Below, piece by piece: positions 1 to 10,605 of a stretch of 64,000 bases of DNA. Source of the stretch: an uncultured SAR86 cluster bacterium (GTDB lineage: Bacteria; Pseudomonadota; Gammaproteobacteria; Magnimaribacterales; AG-339-G14); assembly GCA_902614235.1 (NCBI GenBank), contig CACMKG010000001.1, forward strand, positions 5,969 through 69,968, read 5' to 3'. The position numbers and the translations under genes are program-made. The first letter of the stretch is position 1; every line of letters starts with the position of its first letter. Below the pieces are notes generated by a model. It was not told the DNA's origin and did not search any database. It saw only the letters and a list, made by a program, of their open reading frames with translations.

Positions 1-1130
1 TTTGAAAGAATCTTTTCTCCTTCTATCTTAGTTCCGCAATGAAATACCTTAGTAGTTTCATTCTCTCCATTTAGCCCTGAAATTGGAAAACCAGTTTCAT
101 ATTTTTCAGGATAGCCTTTTGAAGCCATAACAACACCCAAAGCAAATCTATCATCCCAATCAATCTGTATTCCTTTTAATTCTTGTTTTGCAGCCTTTAA
201 GCACAAACTAAGAAAATCACTTTTCATTCTCATCAATATCGGTTGAGTTTCCGGATCTCCAAACCTGCAGTTATATTCCAAGACTTTTATTTTTTGCTCA
301 TTAATCATTAAGCCAGCGTACAAAAAGCCTTTATAGTCTATATTTCTTCGTTTCAATTCTGCCAAAGTTGGGTGAATTATGTCTTTCATAATTTTTTCAT
401 TTAGTTTTTCAGTGATCAATGGAGCAGGGGAGTATGCTCCCATCCCACCTGTATTGGGGCCTTTGTCACCGTCATCCCTTTGTTTATGATCTTGAGAGCT
501 TGCTAAAGAAATTACATTTTTGCCATCACACAAAACTATAAAACTAGCTTCTTCGCCTTTTAGAAACTCTTCAATAACAAGATTGTCTCCTGCAGTTCCA
601 AGTTTTTGCTCTACCATTAAAGAATTCAAAGCCTCTAAGGCTTCATCTCTGGAAAAAGCAACAATCACGCCTTTTCCGGCTGCAAGTCCATCTGCTTTGA
701 GAACAATTGGAATGTCGCATGTTTCTAAAAATTCTCTAGCAGACTCAGGATCCGTAAATACTTCATAAGTTGCAGTAGGAATATTTCCTTTCTTCAAAAC
801 ATCTTTCATGAATATCTTGGAGCCTTCCATTTGAGCGGCAAGTTTATTTGGACCTAAACAAAGTAAATTATTTTTTTCGAAAAGATCAATTAGGCCCAAA
901 ACCAAGGGAGCCTCAGGACCTACAATAGTAAGATCAATTTCTTTATTTTTTGCAAATGCCAATAGACTCTCTAAATCTTCAGCATTTAAGTCTATGTTTT
1001 CCGTTTTCGGCTCATCAGCAGTACCAGCATTTCCAGGAGCAACAAAAACCTTTTCGCACAAATCACTTTGAGCTAGTTTCCAAACAATTGCGTGCTCTCT
1101 TCCCCCAGAACCTATTACCAAAATTTTCAT
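1..1130 (-). CDS. purD: phosphoribosylamine--glycine ligase, partial (C-terminal end beyond window edge)
   Basis: Not in ORF track because it has no stop in the window. Reverse-strand ATG at 1130-1128. My translation starts MKILVIGSGGREHAIVWKLAQS and later reads GPNTGGMGAYSPAP, both PurD hallmarks. Lies directly downstream of purH. Confidence 0.9.
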   Translation of the reverse strand, partial: MKILVIGSGGREHAIVWKLAQSDLCEKVFVAPGNAGTADEPKTENIDLNAEDLESLLAFAKNKEIDLTIVGPEAPLVLGLIDLFEKNNLLCLGPNKLAAQMEGSKIFMKDVLKKGNIPTATYEVFTDPESAREFLETCDIPIVLKADGLAAGKGVIVAFSRDEALEALNSLMVEQKLGTAGDNLVIEEFLKGEEASFIVLCDGKNVISLASSQDHKQRDDGDKGPNTGGMGAYSPAPLITEKLNEKIMKDIIHPTLAELKRRNIDYKGFLYAGLMINEQKIKVLEYNCRFGDPETQPILMRMKSDFLSLCLKAAKQELKGIQIDWDDRFALGVVMASKGYPEKYETGFPISGLNGENETTKVFHCGTKIEGEKILS

Positions 1131-1131
1131 T

Positions 1132-2694
1132 CTAATGTCTGAAGTGACGCATGCTGGTGAAAAACATGATCATATTTGCTTCATTAGCTGCCGAAATAAC
1201 TTCCTTATCTCTTATTGATCCGCCAGGCTGAATGATACATTGAATTCCATTATTTGCGGCCTCATCAATACTATCTCTAAATGGAAAGAATGCATCCGAT
1301 GCCATTGTGGCTCCTTTAAGATTTAAACCTGCTTTTTTGGCTTTATTTACGGCAATTTCAGCACTATCGATTCTACTCATTTGACCCGCTCCAATACCCA
1401 AAGTCATATTATTTTTTGCATAAACAATTGCATTAGATTTGACATACTTGCCCACACGCCATGCAAATAAAGCATCGTTAACTTGTTTGGGAGTTGGTTT
1501 TTTCTTGGTAACTACTTTGAGATCTTTTTTTGAAACAACTCCATCGTCAACATTTTGAACTAGAATACCTTGGTTCATCGTTAAGGTCTTAAATCCGGTT
1601 GGTTTTTTAAACAAATCTTTAATTAACAAAAGACGTACATTCTTTTTCGTAGCAATTATTTTTTTTGCAGCAGGATTAATGACTGGCGCAGCTATGACTT
1701 CTACAAATTGATTATCAATAATTTTTTTTGCAGTAAATTTATCCAAGGCTTTATTAAAAGCAATTATGCCTCCAAATGCAGAAGTTTCATCGCAAGAAAA
1801 AGCTTTCTCATAGGCTTCCAGTAAAGTTTTTCCAGAAGCAACACCACAAGGATTTGCGTGTTTAACAATCACACATGACGGCTTCTCAAAATTCGAAACG
1901 CATTCAATTGCTGCATCGGTATCAGCAATATTATTGTATGAAAGTTCTTTTCCTTGAATCTGATCCGCAGATGTGATGCCTGCTCCCTCGGATCCAGAAT
2001 TTATATAAAAATTTGCTTCTTGATGAGGGTTTTCTCCGTAGCGCAATACTTGCTTCAATTTATGGCTGCTAAAAATGTTCTCTGGTATCTCGTCATCAAA
2101 AGTTGATAAAAAGTTTGCAATGGAAATATCATAATTGGCTACATGCTCAAAAGCTTTCAAAGATAATTTTTTCCGAGTTTTATATGAACACTTACCATTC
2201 TCATTTTGCAAGTTAGTGATAAATGATTGATAAAGATTTGGAGACGAAACTACCGCAACATGAAAAAAGTTTTTAGCAGCTGATCTCAACATTGTAGGCC
2301 CTCCAATATCAATGTTTTCAATGGCCTCATCTAATTCAATATCAGGTTTTTTAATCGTTTCTATGAATGGGTAGAGATTCACCACAACCAGATCAATTTC
2401 TTTGATGCCGTGTTTTTTTATTTCTTCTTTATCTTTTCTTCGTCGAGAAAGAATTCCACCATGAATTTGTGGAACCAAAGTTTTTACTCGACCCCCCATC
2501 ATTTCTGGTGAACCAGAAAATTTCTCTGCAGAAACTACAGGTATTTTATTTTTTCTTAATAAATTTTCAGTTCCTCCAGTCGATATAATTTCAATATTCA
2601 ATTTATAAAGTTTTCTCGCAAAATCAACAATACCCTCTTTATCAGAGACACTTATTAAAGCTCTTTTAATTTTGATAGATTTATTTTTGGACAT
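1132..2694 (-). CDS. purH: bifunctional AICAR transformylase / IMP cyclohydrolase
   Basis: 520 aa. N-terminal MGS-like domain (RALISVSDKEGIV) plus a long AICARFT domain ending RHFRH, the full PurH architecture. Confidence 0.97.
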   Translation of the reverse strand: MSKNKSIKIKRALISVSDKEGIVDFARKLYKLNIEIISTGGTENLLRKNKIPVVSAEKFSGSPEMMGGRVKTLVPQIHGGILSRRRKDKEEIKKHGIKEIDLVVVNLYPFIETIKKPDIELDEAIENIDIGGPTMLRSAAKNFFHVAVVSSPNLYQSFITNLQNENGKCSYKTRKKLSLKAFEHVANYDISIANFLSTFDDEIPENIFSSHKLKQVLRYGENPHQEANFYINSGSEGAGITSADQIQGKELSYNNIADTDAAIECVSNFEKPSCVIVKHANPCGVASGKTLLEAYEKAFSCDETSAFGGIIAFNKALDKFTAKKIIDNQFVEVIAAPVINPAAKKIIATKKNVRLLLIKDLFKKPTGFKTLTMNQGILVQNVDDGVVSKKDLKVVTKKKPTPKQVNDALFAWRVGKYVKSNAIVYAKNNMTLGIGAGQMSRIDSAEIAVNKAKKAGLNLKGATMASDAFFPFRDSIDEAANNGIQCIIQPGGSIRDKEVISAANEANMIMFFTSMRHFRH

Positions 2695-2697
2695 TAA

Positions 2698-2943
2698 TTA
2701 TTTAATTTTATGCTGTTTAAGTTTTTTTCTTAAAGTACCTCTATTAATCCCAAGAACTTTACAAGCTTTAGATTTATTTCCATTGCAGAAATTCATAACT
2801 TCTTCAAGCATCGGCCCTTCAACTTCATTCATAACCATTTGGTAAACTTCAGATGCTTTACTTCCATCAAGTTCTTTGAAATATCTTCTAAGGGATATTC
2901 CGACTTGATATCTCAATGTCTTTCTTTCCTGATTGCTTACCAT
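2698..2943 (-). CDS. fis: Fis family nucleoid-associated DNA-binding protein
   Basis: 81 aa with a C-terminal helix-turn-helix (KACKVLGINRGTLRKKLKQ). Only a 3-nt gap to purH, matching fis-purH-purD synteny. Confidence 0.9.
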   Translation of the reverse strand: MVSNQERKTLRYQVGISLRRYFKELDGSKASEVYQMVMNEVEGPMLEEVMNFCNGNKSKACKVLGINRGTLRKKLKQHKIK

Positions 2944-2947
2944 TTAT

Positions 2948-3505
2948 TTAATTTATCTCAGTCTGAAGTTCAGAACCTAAATTTATTAATTCTATTTCCC
3001 CTTTACTATTTTTTGAAAGATTCGTTATTGAACAATTATCGGGATAAAAACTGACTATCAAATCACTTTCTTTTAAATAACTAACTATAATATTAATCAC
3101 CATAAAATGTGAAAAAATGATTGTGGGTTTATCTAGATTTTTAAGTTCAGTTATTATCGAGTCCTTCCATTTTTTTTGAGACGTCTCTAAGTCTGATATT
3201 TTCATTTTAAATATTTTTTGTAACCATTCTTTCCTTTCAGATAAATTGATTCCAGGTGATGGTATTTCAGCAAAAAGGGGATTTATGGAAACAGATATAT
3301 TTATTTTTTGGGAGAGTGGTTCAGAGGTTTCCTTTGCTCTTGTTAATGGACTTGAAATCAGACTGAAAGATTCTATATTTTTTAATTTTAATAATTGATT
3401 TGAGCACTCCTCAGCTTGCGCCTTTCCTAAATCGCTTAACCCCGGATCTGCAGATTTTTCCCAAGACGAAGCAGCTTCGCCATGTCTTATCAGAATAATT
3501 TTCAT
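2948..3505 (-). CDS. histidine phosphatase family protein (phosphoglycerate mutase-like)
   Basis: N-terminal ILIRHGEA (RHG catalytic motif) and 185 aa length. Substrate unknown. Confidence 0.7.
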   Translation of the reverse strand: MKIILIRHGEAASSWEKSADPGLSDLGKAQAEECSNQLLKLKNIESFSLISSPLTRAKETSEPLSQKINISVSINPLFAEIPSPGINLSERKEWLQKIFKMKISDLETSQKKWKDSIITELKNLDKPTIIFSHFMVINIIVSYLKESDLIVSFYPDNCSITNLSKNSKGEIELINLGSELQTEIN

Positions 3506-3548
3506 TTAGACTATAAATTTTTTTTTAAAATAATGTACGATTTATGCA

Positions 3549-4259
3549 ATGAGAATACCACGAATTTTTTATCCTTTTAAAGCGGAAGAAAAAAACTCAA
3601 TTATTTTAAATATTACTGCTTCTCATCACTTAAAAGTAATAAATATAAAAGAAGGGCAAAATGTTGAATTGTTTAATGGCAATGGATATTTTTTTGATGC
3701 AAAAGTCACAGAACAAAATAAGAAAAACATTACTCTAATGAGAACTTCAGATATAAATTTTCAAAAAAAACAAATTCCATCAATTAATATTGCGGTTGCA
3801 GAGATTAGATCATTTGACAAAGTTATAAGAGAAGTTTGCCAATCAGGAATTGATTCAATAAGCAGCGTGAAAACAAAAAAAACTAAATTTTCAAAGTTAT
3901 CTAGTGAAAAAAAAATTATGAGATGGCAGTCAATAGCTTTTAATTCCTGTGAACAATCTGGCCTGAATTGGGTTCCAAAAATTTATTCTAGTTCCTTGCA
4001 AGACTGGATATCTTCATCGAAATCAAGATCTAAAATTTTTTTAGATCCTAAAGCTAGAAATAATATTCAAGAATTAGAGCTATTATCATCTGTAGATTTT
4101 GTAGTTGGCCCAGAAGGAGGCTTTTCAGAAGAAGAAAAAATTTTTTTTAAAAAAAATAATTTCATAGGTATTTCATGTGGTAATTTAACTTTCAGAACTG
4201 AAACTATGCCTATTGTAGCTTTGTCTATGATTAAGGCGCTTTATGGAGTTAAGAAATGA
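3549..4259 (+). CDS. rsmE: 16S rRNA (uracil1498-N3)-methyltransferase
   Basis: Starts MRIPRIFYP like E. coli RsmE. C-terminal GPEGGFSEEE and LTFRTET motifs. rsmE-gshB order is conserved. Confidence 0.88.
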   Translation: MRIPRIFYPFKAEEKNSIILNITASHHLKVINIKEGQNVELFNGNGYFFDAKVTEQNKKNITLMRTSDINFQKKQIPSINIAVAEIRSFDKVIREVCQSGIDSISSVKTKKTKFSKLSSEKKIMRWQSIAFNSCEQSGLNWVPKIYSSSLQDWISSSKSRSKIFLDPKARNNIQELELLSSVDFVVGPEGGFSEEEKIFFKKNNFIGISCGNLTFRTETMPIVALSMIKALYGVKK

Positions 4260-5188
4260 AAATAGCTGTTGTAATGGACCCTATTTCAAATATTGATTTC
4301 AAAAAAGACTCAACTCTTCTTTTAATTTACGAGGCTCAAAAAAGAAATCATGATGTTTTCTACATAGAATCAAATAACTTATTTTTTGATGGGAATGAAG
4401 CCTGTGCCCTAAGTTCTAAGATTAAAGTGAAAATGGATCAAGAAAATTGGTTTTCTCTGGATGATAAAAACAAAATATTTTTGAAAGATTTAGATGTTGT
4501 GTTTATGAGACAAGATCCTCCTTTTGATATGGGCTATATTAATAATACATATGTTTTAGATTCGGCAGAAAAAGATGGAGTAAGGATTTATAACAAACCA
4601 TCCGCATTAAGAAATTTCAATGAAAAAATTTCTATTTTAGAATATTCAAAATTTTGTACAGAAACTATTATTGCTTCTGATAAAAAATTAATTTTGAATT
4701 TCATCGAGCAGCATAAAGATGTTGTTTCTAAGCCATTAAACTTAATGGGCGGTCAAGGAATAGAAAAACTTAATTTAAATCAAAAAAACTTAATTGATAA
4801 ATTAAAAAAAAGCACGAAAGACTTTAAAGAAAAGATAATGGTTCAAAAATTTATTGATAGAGTATATGAAGGTGACAAAAGAATTCTGATTATTAATGGA
4901 AAGCCCTCTGAATATGCAGTGGTGAGAACTCCGGCAAGGGGTGAATTTAAAGGTAATCTTGCAGCTGGAGGAATAGCATCAATTGAAAAATTAAATAAAA
5001 TTGAAGAAAATATCGCATCTGAGATAGCCCCTAGACTGAAAGAAAGAGGAATTCTTATAGCCGGCTTGGATGTAGTTGGAGATTTTTTAACAGAAATAAA
5101 TATAACTTGTCCAACTTGCTTTAGAGAGCTTTTAGATCAAAAAGGCATTAATTTAATGAAAGAAGTCTTTGATTTTGTTGAATCCTAA
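4256..5188 (+). CDS. gshB: glutathione synthetase
   Basis: MKIAVVMDPISNIDFKKDS, MRQDPPFD, GDKRILIINGKP and RGNLAAGG align along the whole length with E. coli GshB. ATGA overlap with rsmE. Confidence 0.93.
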   Translation: MKIAVVMDPISNIDFKKDSTLLLIYEAQKRNHDVFYIESNNLFFDGNEACALSSKIKVKMDQENWFSLDDKNKIFLKDLDVVFMRQDPPFDMGYINNTYVLDSAEKDGVRIYNKPSALRNFNEKISILEYSKFCTETIIASDKKLILNFIEQHKDVVSKPLNLMGGQGIEKLNLNQKNLIDKLKKSTKDFKEKIMVQKFIDRVYEGDKRILIINGKPSEYAVVRTPARGEFKGNLAAGGIASIEKLNKIEENIASEIAPRLKERGILIAGLDVVGDFLTEINITCPTCFRELLDQKGINLMKEVFDFVES

Positions 5189-5194
5189 AATCTG

Positions 5195-5755
5195 ATGTCC
5201 ATTAGATTTAATTTTTTTCTTGCGGTTTCTTTTAGCCTACATATTTTATTGATTTTTTTTCTTTCATTTATAGAAACTGAAAACACTTTTTCTAAAAATT
5301 TTGTTACTAGCGTTAATTTAGAATTTTCTAATTATCAAAGATTTGATAGGCCTTCTAATTTTGATCAATATAAAAAAACGGATGAGAATTTTGGTTCAAA
5401 AAAAGAGATTTTTTCAAAAAAACTAAATACAAAAGAAAAGAAAAATCTTGCTGCAAATAAATATGTAAGTGCTTGGCAGAGAAAAATAGAAACTATCGGA
5501 AACTTGAATTACCCAGATTTTGTAGACTCATCAGTTCCGCTAAAATTAACTCTTTCAGTTACTCTAGGCAAAGATGGAGACCTTTTAGATTATGCTCTTA
5601 TAAAAGCGTCTGGAAATCAAAAATTGGATCAGGCGGCAATGGAAATAATTGAAATGGCTTCGCCTTTTAACGAATTTCCAGAAGAAATGGCTGAGTTTGC
5701 TGAAATTACGATCATCAGAGATTGGAAGTTTGGAAATCAAGAAATTATAAAATGA
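5195..5755 (+). CDS. TonB family protein (N-terminal anchor with S-x3-H motif, C-terminal TonB domain)
   Basis: TM helix FFLAVSFSLHILLIFF carries the SxxxH motif. The C-terminal region (LDQAAMEIIEMASPFNEFP) resembles a TonB C-terminal domain. Sits beside gshB as TonB3 does in Pseudomonas (from memory). No proline-rich spacer. Confidence 0.6.
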   Translation: MSIRFNFFLAVSFSLHILLIFFLSFIETENTFSKNFVTSVNLEFSNYQRFDRPSNFDQYKKTDENFGSKKEIFSKKLNTKEKKNLAANKYVSAWQRKIETIGNLNYPDFVDSSVPLKLTLSVTLGKDGDLLDYALIKASGNQKLDQAAMEIIEMASPFNEFPEEMAEFAEITIIRDWKFGNQEIIK

Positions 5756-6168
5756 ATATTTTAGGAATTGATTATGGATTAAAAAATGTTGGATTTGCAA
5801 TAGGAGAACAAATAACAAATTCTTGTTCTACTTATTTTTCAAAGAAATTTAAAAATAGAAAAGAATTAATTGAAAAGATAAAAAATTTGATTACCGAATG
5901 GGACATTAATACTATTGTTATAGGGTTGCCTTTGAACATGGATAATAGTGAAAGTAAAATGTCTTTAGAAATAAGAAATTTTTCTAAAAAACTCGAAAAA
6001 GATATAAATATCAAGATCAAGATAAATTTTGTGGATGAAAAACTTACTACTTTTGAAGCTAAGCAAATCATGAAAGATTTAAATAAAAATAAAAAAGAAA
6101 TAAAAAGAAATAATCATGGGCTGGCTGCTAAATTGATTGTAGATTCTTTTCTAAGGGAAAATAAATAA
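5752..6168 (+). CDS. ruvX: Holliday junction resolvase-like / pre-16S rRNA nuclease YqgF
   Basis: MNILGIDYGLKNVGFAIG is the canonical YqgF N-terminus. I moved the start from 5722 to the ATG at 5752, which forms an ATGA overlap with the upstream stop. Confidence 0.85.
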   Translation: MNILGIDYGLKNVGFAIGEQITNSCSTYFSKKFKNRKELIEKIKNLITEWDINTIVIGLPLNMDNSESKMSLEIRNFSKKLEKDINIKIKINFVDEKLTTFEAKQIMKDLNKNKKEIKRNNHGLAAKLIVDSFLRENK

Positions 6169-6170
6169 TT

Positions 6171-7940
6171 ATGGCGGCTTTTATACCCGACGAATTTATT
6201 CAAAGATTGCTTGATGAAACTGACATTGTTTCGTTAGTTGATTCTCATATTCCTTTAAATAAAAAAGGAAAGGATCACTGGGCTTTGTGTCCTTTTTGCG
6301 ATGACGGAAGTAAACCCTCTTTTAGCGTGAGTCAACAAAAACAATTTTATTACTGTTTTAGGTGCAGAGCTTCTGGAAATGCAATTGGATTTTTAATGAA
6401 CTATCAATCTCATGATTTTCAAGGAGCTATAGAAATCTTAGCTAATAATTCGGGTCTAGAAATTCCTAAAACTGGAAACAACAAAAACTATGAAAAAAAT
6501 AAAAAAATCATAGAATTGAACACCTTAGCTGCCGATTTTTATGTAAAGAATTTACTCAAAGATGGCAATGAATCCGAGGTTAAGAACTATCTTTTAAATA
6601 GAGGAATAAATGAAGAAACAATTAAAACTTTTCAAATAGGTTTTGCTCCAGAAGGTTGGGATAACCTGTCAACTTTTTTTAAAAAAAACCTTGATTTAGA
6701 ATCACAAAAAATTGATGCAGGCCTTTTCAAAAACAGCGAAAAAATCAATAGGGTTTATGATGTTTTTAGAAATCGAATTATTTTTCCTATCAAATCTCAC
6801 AGAGATCAAATAATTGGATTTGGAGGAAGAGTAATTGATTCGTCTGATAATCCTAAATATTTGAATTCTTCTGATTCTGAAGTTTTCAAAAAAGGTAGAG
6901 AGCTTTATGGTTTGAGTGAAATTCTCAAAAATAAAAAAAGAGCAGATCGGATAATTGTTGTTGAAGGATATACAGATGTGTTATCTCTTTTTTCAAACGA
7001 TATTAGTTACGCTGTAGCCACTCTAGGCATAGCAACCAGCAAGGTCCATATTGATAAATTATTTACTCACGTAGATGAAATAATTTTTTGTTTTGATGGA
7101 GATGAAGCTGGAGTAAAAGCTGCTGAGTCTGCATTAAATACAGGCCTTTCAGGATTGAGAGATGGTAAAAAAATAAGATTTATGTTTCTACCTCAAGGCG
7201 AAGATCCGTCGAGCTTACTAGAAAAAGAAGGCAAAGAGCAGTTTGAAAATAGAATAGAAAATTCAAAAGTGCTATCTGAGTATTTGTTTGAAAACATCTT
7301 ACAAAAATATGACGATTCCATCGAATCAAAAGCCTCGGCCATGAAGGAATTTTTAGACACAATGAAGTTAATGCCTTCAAGTAATTTTAAAAAAATACTG
7401 TTTCAAGAATTTTCTAAAAAGTTAGATGTTGAATTAGAAGAAATTAGACAACCTGAAAGACAAAGAGAATCTGATACTAGGACGAAAAAAAATCAAGTGA
7501 AGGAAGAAAAAATAGAATTAGATAAAATTTCAAAAAGTATAATTAAAGTTTTAATGGATAGTCCGAATTTATCAAGCTTACCTGCATTAGACATTTTCTT
7601 AGAACAAGATTCTTTTATGGCTCAGTTTTTAAACTTCTTGAGAAGCAAAGAAAACTTAACTTTTCCAATGATTCTTCAGGCTTTTGAAGGAAAAAAACAA
7701 TTTTTAATTGATTTGGCTGAAGACGAAAACTTGATAGCGCCAAATGAATCGAAAGATTATTTAATTCAAGCAGTTAATTTTCTTGGGAAAAACGATAAAG
7801 AAAATTTGCTCAATCAACTTAAGGAAAGATATGAAAATGATTCTATATCCGATCAAGATAAGATAGAACTAAAAAAACTTCTTATGAATAAATTTGATGA
7901 TTTAGATGAGCGAGAACTTATGCTTCTCAAAAAAATCTAA
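6171..7940 (+). CDS. dnaG: DNA primase
   Basis: Zinc-ribbon CPFCDDGSKPSFSVSQQKQFYYCFRC, TOPRIM region VVEGYTDV...CFDGDEAG, 589 aa. dnaG-rpoD order. Confidence 0.96.
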   Translation: MAAFIPDEFIQRLLDETDIVSLVDSHIPLNKKGKDHWALCPFCDDGSKPSFSVSQQKQFYYCFRCRASGNAIGFLMNYQSHDFQGAIEILANNSGLEIPKTGNNKNYEKNKKIIELNTLAADFYVKNLLKDGNESEVKNYLLNRGINEETIKTFQIGFAPEGWDNLSTFFKKNLDLESQKIDAGLFKNSEKINRVYDVFRNRIIFPIKSHRDQIIGFGGRVIDSSDNPKYLNSSDSEVFKKGRELYGLSEILKNKKRADRIIVVEGYTDVLSLFSNDISYAVATLGIATSKVHIDKLFTHVDEIIFCFDGDEAGVKAAESALNTGLSGLRDGKKIRFMFLPQGEDPSSLLEKEGKEQFENRIENSKVLSEYLFENILQKYDDSIESKASAMKEFLDTMKLMPSSNFKKILFQEFSKKLDVELEEIRQPERQRESDTRTKKNQVKEEKIELDKISKSIIKVLMDSPNLSSLPALDIFLEQDSFMAQFLNFLRSKENLTFPMILQAFEGKKQFLIDLAEDENLIAPNESKDYLIQAVNFLGKNDKENLLNQLKERYENDSISDQDKIELKKLLMNKFDDLDERELMLLKKI

Positions 7941-8034
7941 CCTATTGAAATATGATTTTTAGACCGCAATTAAAAGTTATGATTAAAGGTCACAAAGTTA
8001 TATAATTGCCAACCTTTTTTTATGAACTGAAAAT

Positions 8035-9819
8035 ATGTACGACGAAGATATTGAAAATAATGGCCTGAGAGAACTTATTGAAAAGGGCCGTGAACAGGGT
8101 TTTATCACTTATGCTGATATAAATGATTTTTTACCCGATGATGTTTCTGACCCTGATCAGCTTGATGAGGTAATTCAGATGGTAAACGATTTAGGTCTTC
8201 AAGTTTTAGAAAATGCACCAGAAGATGGTTCAGATTTTTTAGCCAATGCAGCTCAAAATGCTCAACCCGCTATAACAGAAAATGAAATGGGAACCATTGA
8301 ATCTGAAGTAGGCAGAACTACAGATCCGGTTAGGTTATACATGAGAGAAATGGGCTCGGTAGATTTACTTACAAGAGAAGGTGAGATCACGATAGCAAAA
8401 AGCATTGAAGAGGGTGCGAGGGATTTATTGCATGCCTGCGCACATTATCCTGGAATAATTGAAGAAATATTATTGGAATACGCGTTAATTAAAAAAGAAG
8501 ATAAAAGAATTTCAGACTTAGTAGTTGGATTCATGGACGAAGAAGAAGAGGTTCTCCCTGGCCCGCAAGCAGGAGAACAAGCTGACGGAGAAGATGAAGA
8601 AAACACAGGAATAGATTTAGATGAGCTTAATAAAAGATTTTCTGCTGTTAAACGTTTGTATAACAAATCCGAGAAAGTGATTGCTGCAAAGGGAAGAACA
8701 AGTCCAGAGGCTCTTAAAGAATTAGATAAACTGGGTGAAACCTTTAAATTTTTGAAATTATCCCCTAAAAAGTTCGAAGTTATCTCCTTGAGACCAAGAA
8801 TTATGGCTAGACAAGTCAGAGAAGCTGAAAGAGAAATTTATAATTTGTGTGTTCAAAAAAGTAAGATGCCGAGAAAGGAATTTCTTGATTTATTCAAAGA
8901 TAATTCTACAAATTTAAAATTTTTAGATCCAATTCTTAAAAGCAAAAAAAATTACGTTGGCGAATTAGTCGATTACAAGGAAGAGATAAAGTCTATTCAG
9001 CAAAAAATTAAGGGAATAGAGAAAGAAATAGGTATGTCAGTAAGTGAACTTAAAGGATTAGCCGCAAAAATGACGAAGGGAGAAACAAAAATTAGAAGAG
9101 CTAAGAAAGATATGATTGAAGCCAACTTAAGATTGGTAATTTCAATCGCAAAAAAATATACCAATAGAGGATTACAATTCCTCGACCTTATCCAAGAAGG
9201 AAATATTGGTTTAATGAAAGCTGTTGACAAGTTTGAGTACAGAAGGGGTTATAAATTTTCTACTTACGCTACTTGGTGGATCAGACAAGCGATTACAAGG
9301 TCAATTGCCGATCAAGCTAGAACTATAAGAATTCCTGTTCATATGATTGAAACAATAAACAAGTTAAATAGGATTTCTAGACAGATGCTTCAAGAAAATG
9401 GTAGAGAGCCGACACCAGAAGAATTAAGCGTCAGAATGGAAATGCCAGAAGACAAAGTAAGAAAAGTTTTAAAAATTGCTAAAGAACCAATTTCAACAGA
9501 AACTCCTATCGGAGATGAAGACGATACAACCTTAGGAGATTTTATTGAGGACCCATTATTAGACTCTCCTATAGACTCTGCTACTGAATCAAATTTAATT
9601 GAAGCAACAGGTGGAGTTTTAGGAAGTTTAACAGCTAGAGAGGCCAAGGTTTTAAGGATGAGATTTGGAATCGGCATGAACACCGACCACACCCTCGAAG
9701 AAGTTGGTAAGCAATTCGATGTTACACGAGAAAGAATAAGGCAAATTGAAGCTAAAGCTTTGAGGAAACTTAGACACCCCTCTAGATCTGGGCACTTAAA
9801 AGGTTTCTTAGACGAATGA
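8035..9819 (+). CDS. rpoD: RNA polymerase sigma-70 factor
   Basis: Regions 1.1 to 4.2 are all recognisable ([85 protein letters not shown]). Confidence 0.98.
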   Translation: MYDEDIENNGLRELIEKGREQGFITYADINDFLPDDVSDPDQLDEVIQMVNDLGLQVLENAPEDGSDFLANAAQNAQPAITENEMGTIESEVGRTTDPVRLYMREMGSVDLLTREGEITIAKSIEEGARDLLHACAHYPGIIEEILLEYALIKKEDKRISDLVVGFMDEEEEVLPGPQAGEQADGEDEENTGIDLDELNKRFSAVKRLYNKSEKVIAAKGRTSPEALKELDKLGETFKFLKLSPKKFEVISLRPRIMARQVREAEREIYNLCVQKSKMPRKEFLDLFKDNSTNLKFLDPILKSKKNYVGELVDYKEEIKSIQQKIKGIEKEIGMSVSELKGLAAKMTKGETKIRRAKKDMIEANLRLVISIAKKYTNRGLQFLDLIQEGNIGLMKAVDKFEYRRGYKFSTYATWWIRQAITRSIADQARTIRIPVHMIETINKLNRISRQMLQENGREPTPEELSVRMEMPEDKVRKVLKIAKEPISTETPIGDEDDTTLGDFIEDPLLDSPIDSATESNLIEATGGVLGSLTAREAKVLRMRFGIGMNTDHTLEEVGKQFDVTRERIRQIEAKALRKLRHPSRSGHLKGFLDE

Positions 9820-9823
9820 TAAA

Positions 9824-9900
<77 letters not shown>

Positions 9901-9918
9901 AAATCACAAAATATAATT

Positions 9919-10605
9919 ATGAACAATTCTTTAATTTTTGGATCAACTGGATTTATAGGAACCAAAGTTGTGTCTCATCTAAAAAACTTTGAGGGTTCAA
10001 CTATTTCGATTAGTAGAAAAAAAAATCTAGATTTTGGAAGTTTAGTAAACCAAATAATTGTTGAAGATTTTAATTTAAAAAATATTGATCTTCCTAAAAT
10101 AGATCACGTTTTTATTTGTTTGGGGACAAAACTCAGGGCCTGGGAACTGATTTTTATGAGCAAAGAAAAAAAAGATATTTTTATTAAAACTGATCTTGAT
10201 CTTATCATTAACGCTGCAAAGAAAGCTAAAGCCTCTGGCGCAAAGACTATTTCCTTGGTTTCGGCGGTTGGAGTCAAAGAGGGATCTTTGAATACCTACA
10301 TGGATATCAAAGGAAAAGTAGAAAATGAAATAATAAAATTAGAGTTTGAATCAACTAACTTTTTTAGACCAGGACATCTTCAAGGGAAAGCTTCTTCTGA
10401 AAAATGGGATACAGCCGTAGCAGACTTTTTTTCTAAAATTATGGATGTGTTTTTGGTGGGCCCTTTTACAAAGTTTAAAAGTATAGAAGGGGACTCAGTG
10501 GCTAAGGCTATGGTTAACGAAACCCTTAATAGCAAACCAGGAATTAATATCTTTTATTTCAAAGAAATGATCCAATCATTTATTAGAGCAACTCCTTCTG
10601 AATGA
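9919..10605 (+). CDS. NAD(P)H-binding Rossmann-fold protein (YraR/HTATIP2-like atypical SDR)
   Basis: N-terminal IFGSTGFIG glycine motif and ~228 aa length. Overall resemblance to E. coli YraR from memory. The 3' end overlaps the convergent cytochrome gene by 52 nt. Confidence 0.6.
   Translation: MNNSLIFGSTGFIGTKVVSHLKNFEGSTISISRKKNLDFGSLVNQIIVEDFNLKNIDLPKIDHVFICLGTKLRAWELIFMSKEKKDIFIKTDLDLIINAAKKAKASGAKTISLVSAVGVKEGSLNTYMDIKGKVENEIIKLEFESTNFFRPGHLQGKASSEKWDTAVADFFSKIMDVFLVGPFTKFKSIEGDSVAKAMVNETLNSKPGINIFYFKEMIQSFIRATPSE

Noticed and set aside
520-1135. ORF-track entries 520..768 and 950..1135 on the plus strand. The same applies to the many other 60-127 aa ORFs antisense to long genes, e.g. 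5585..5818, 7180..7380, 8445..8666, 9390..9692, 34149..34427, 48515..48859 and 54970..55353.
   Set aside because: Each lies entirely inside, and antisense to or out of frame with, a gene whose product has strong family motifs. Their translations are low-complexity (S/L/F/I-rich), as expected from the reverse complement of AT-rich coding DNA.
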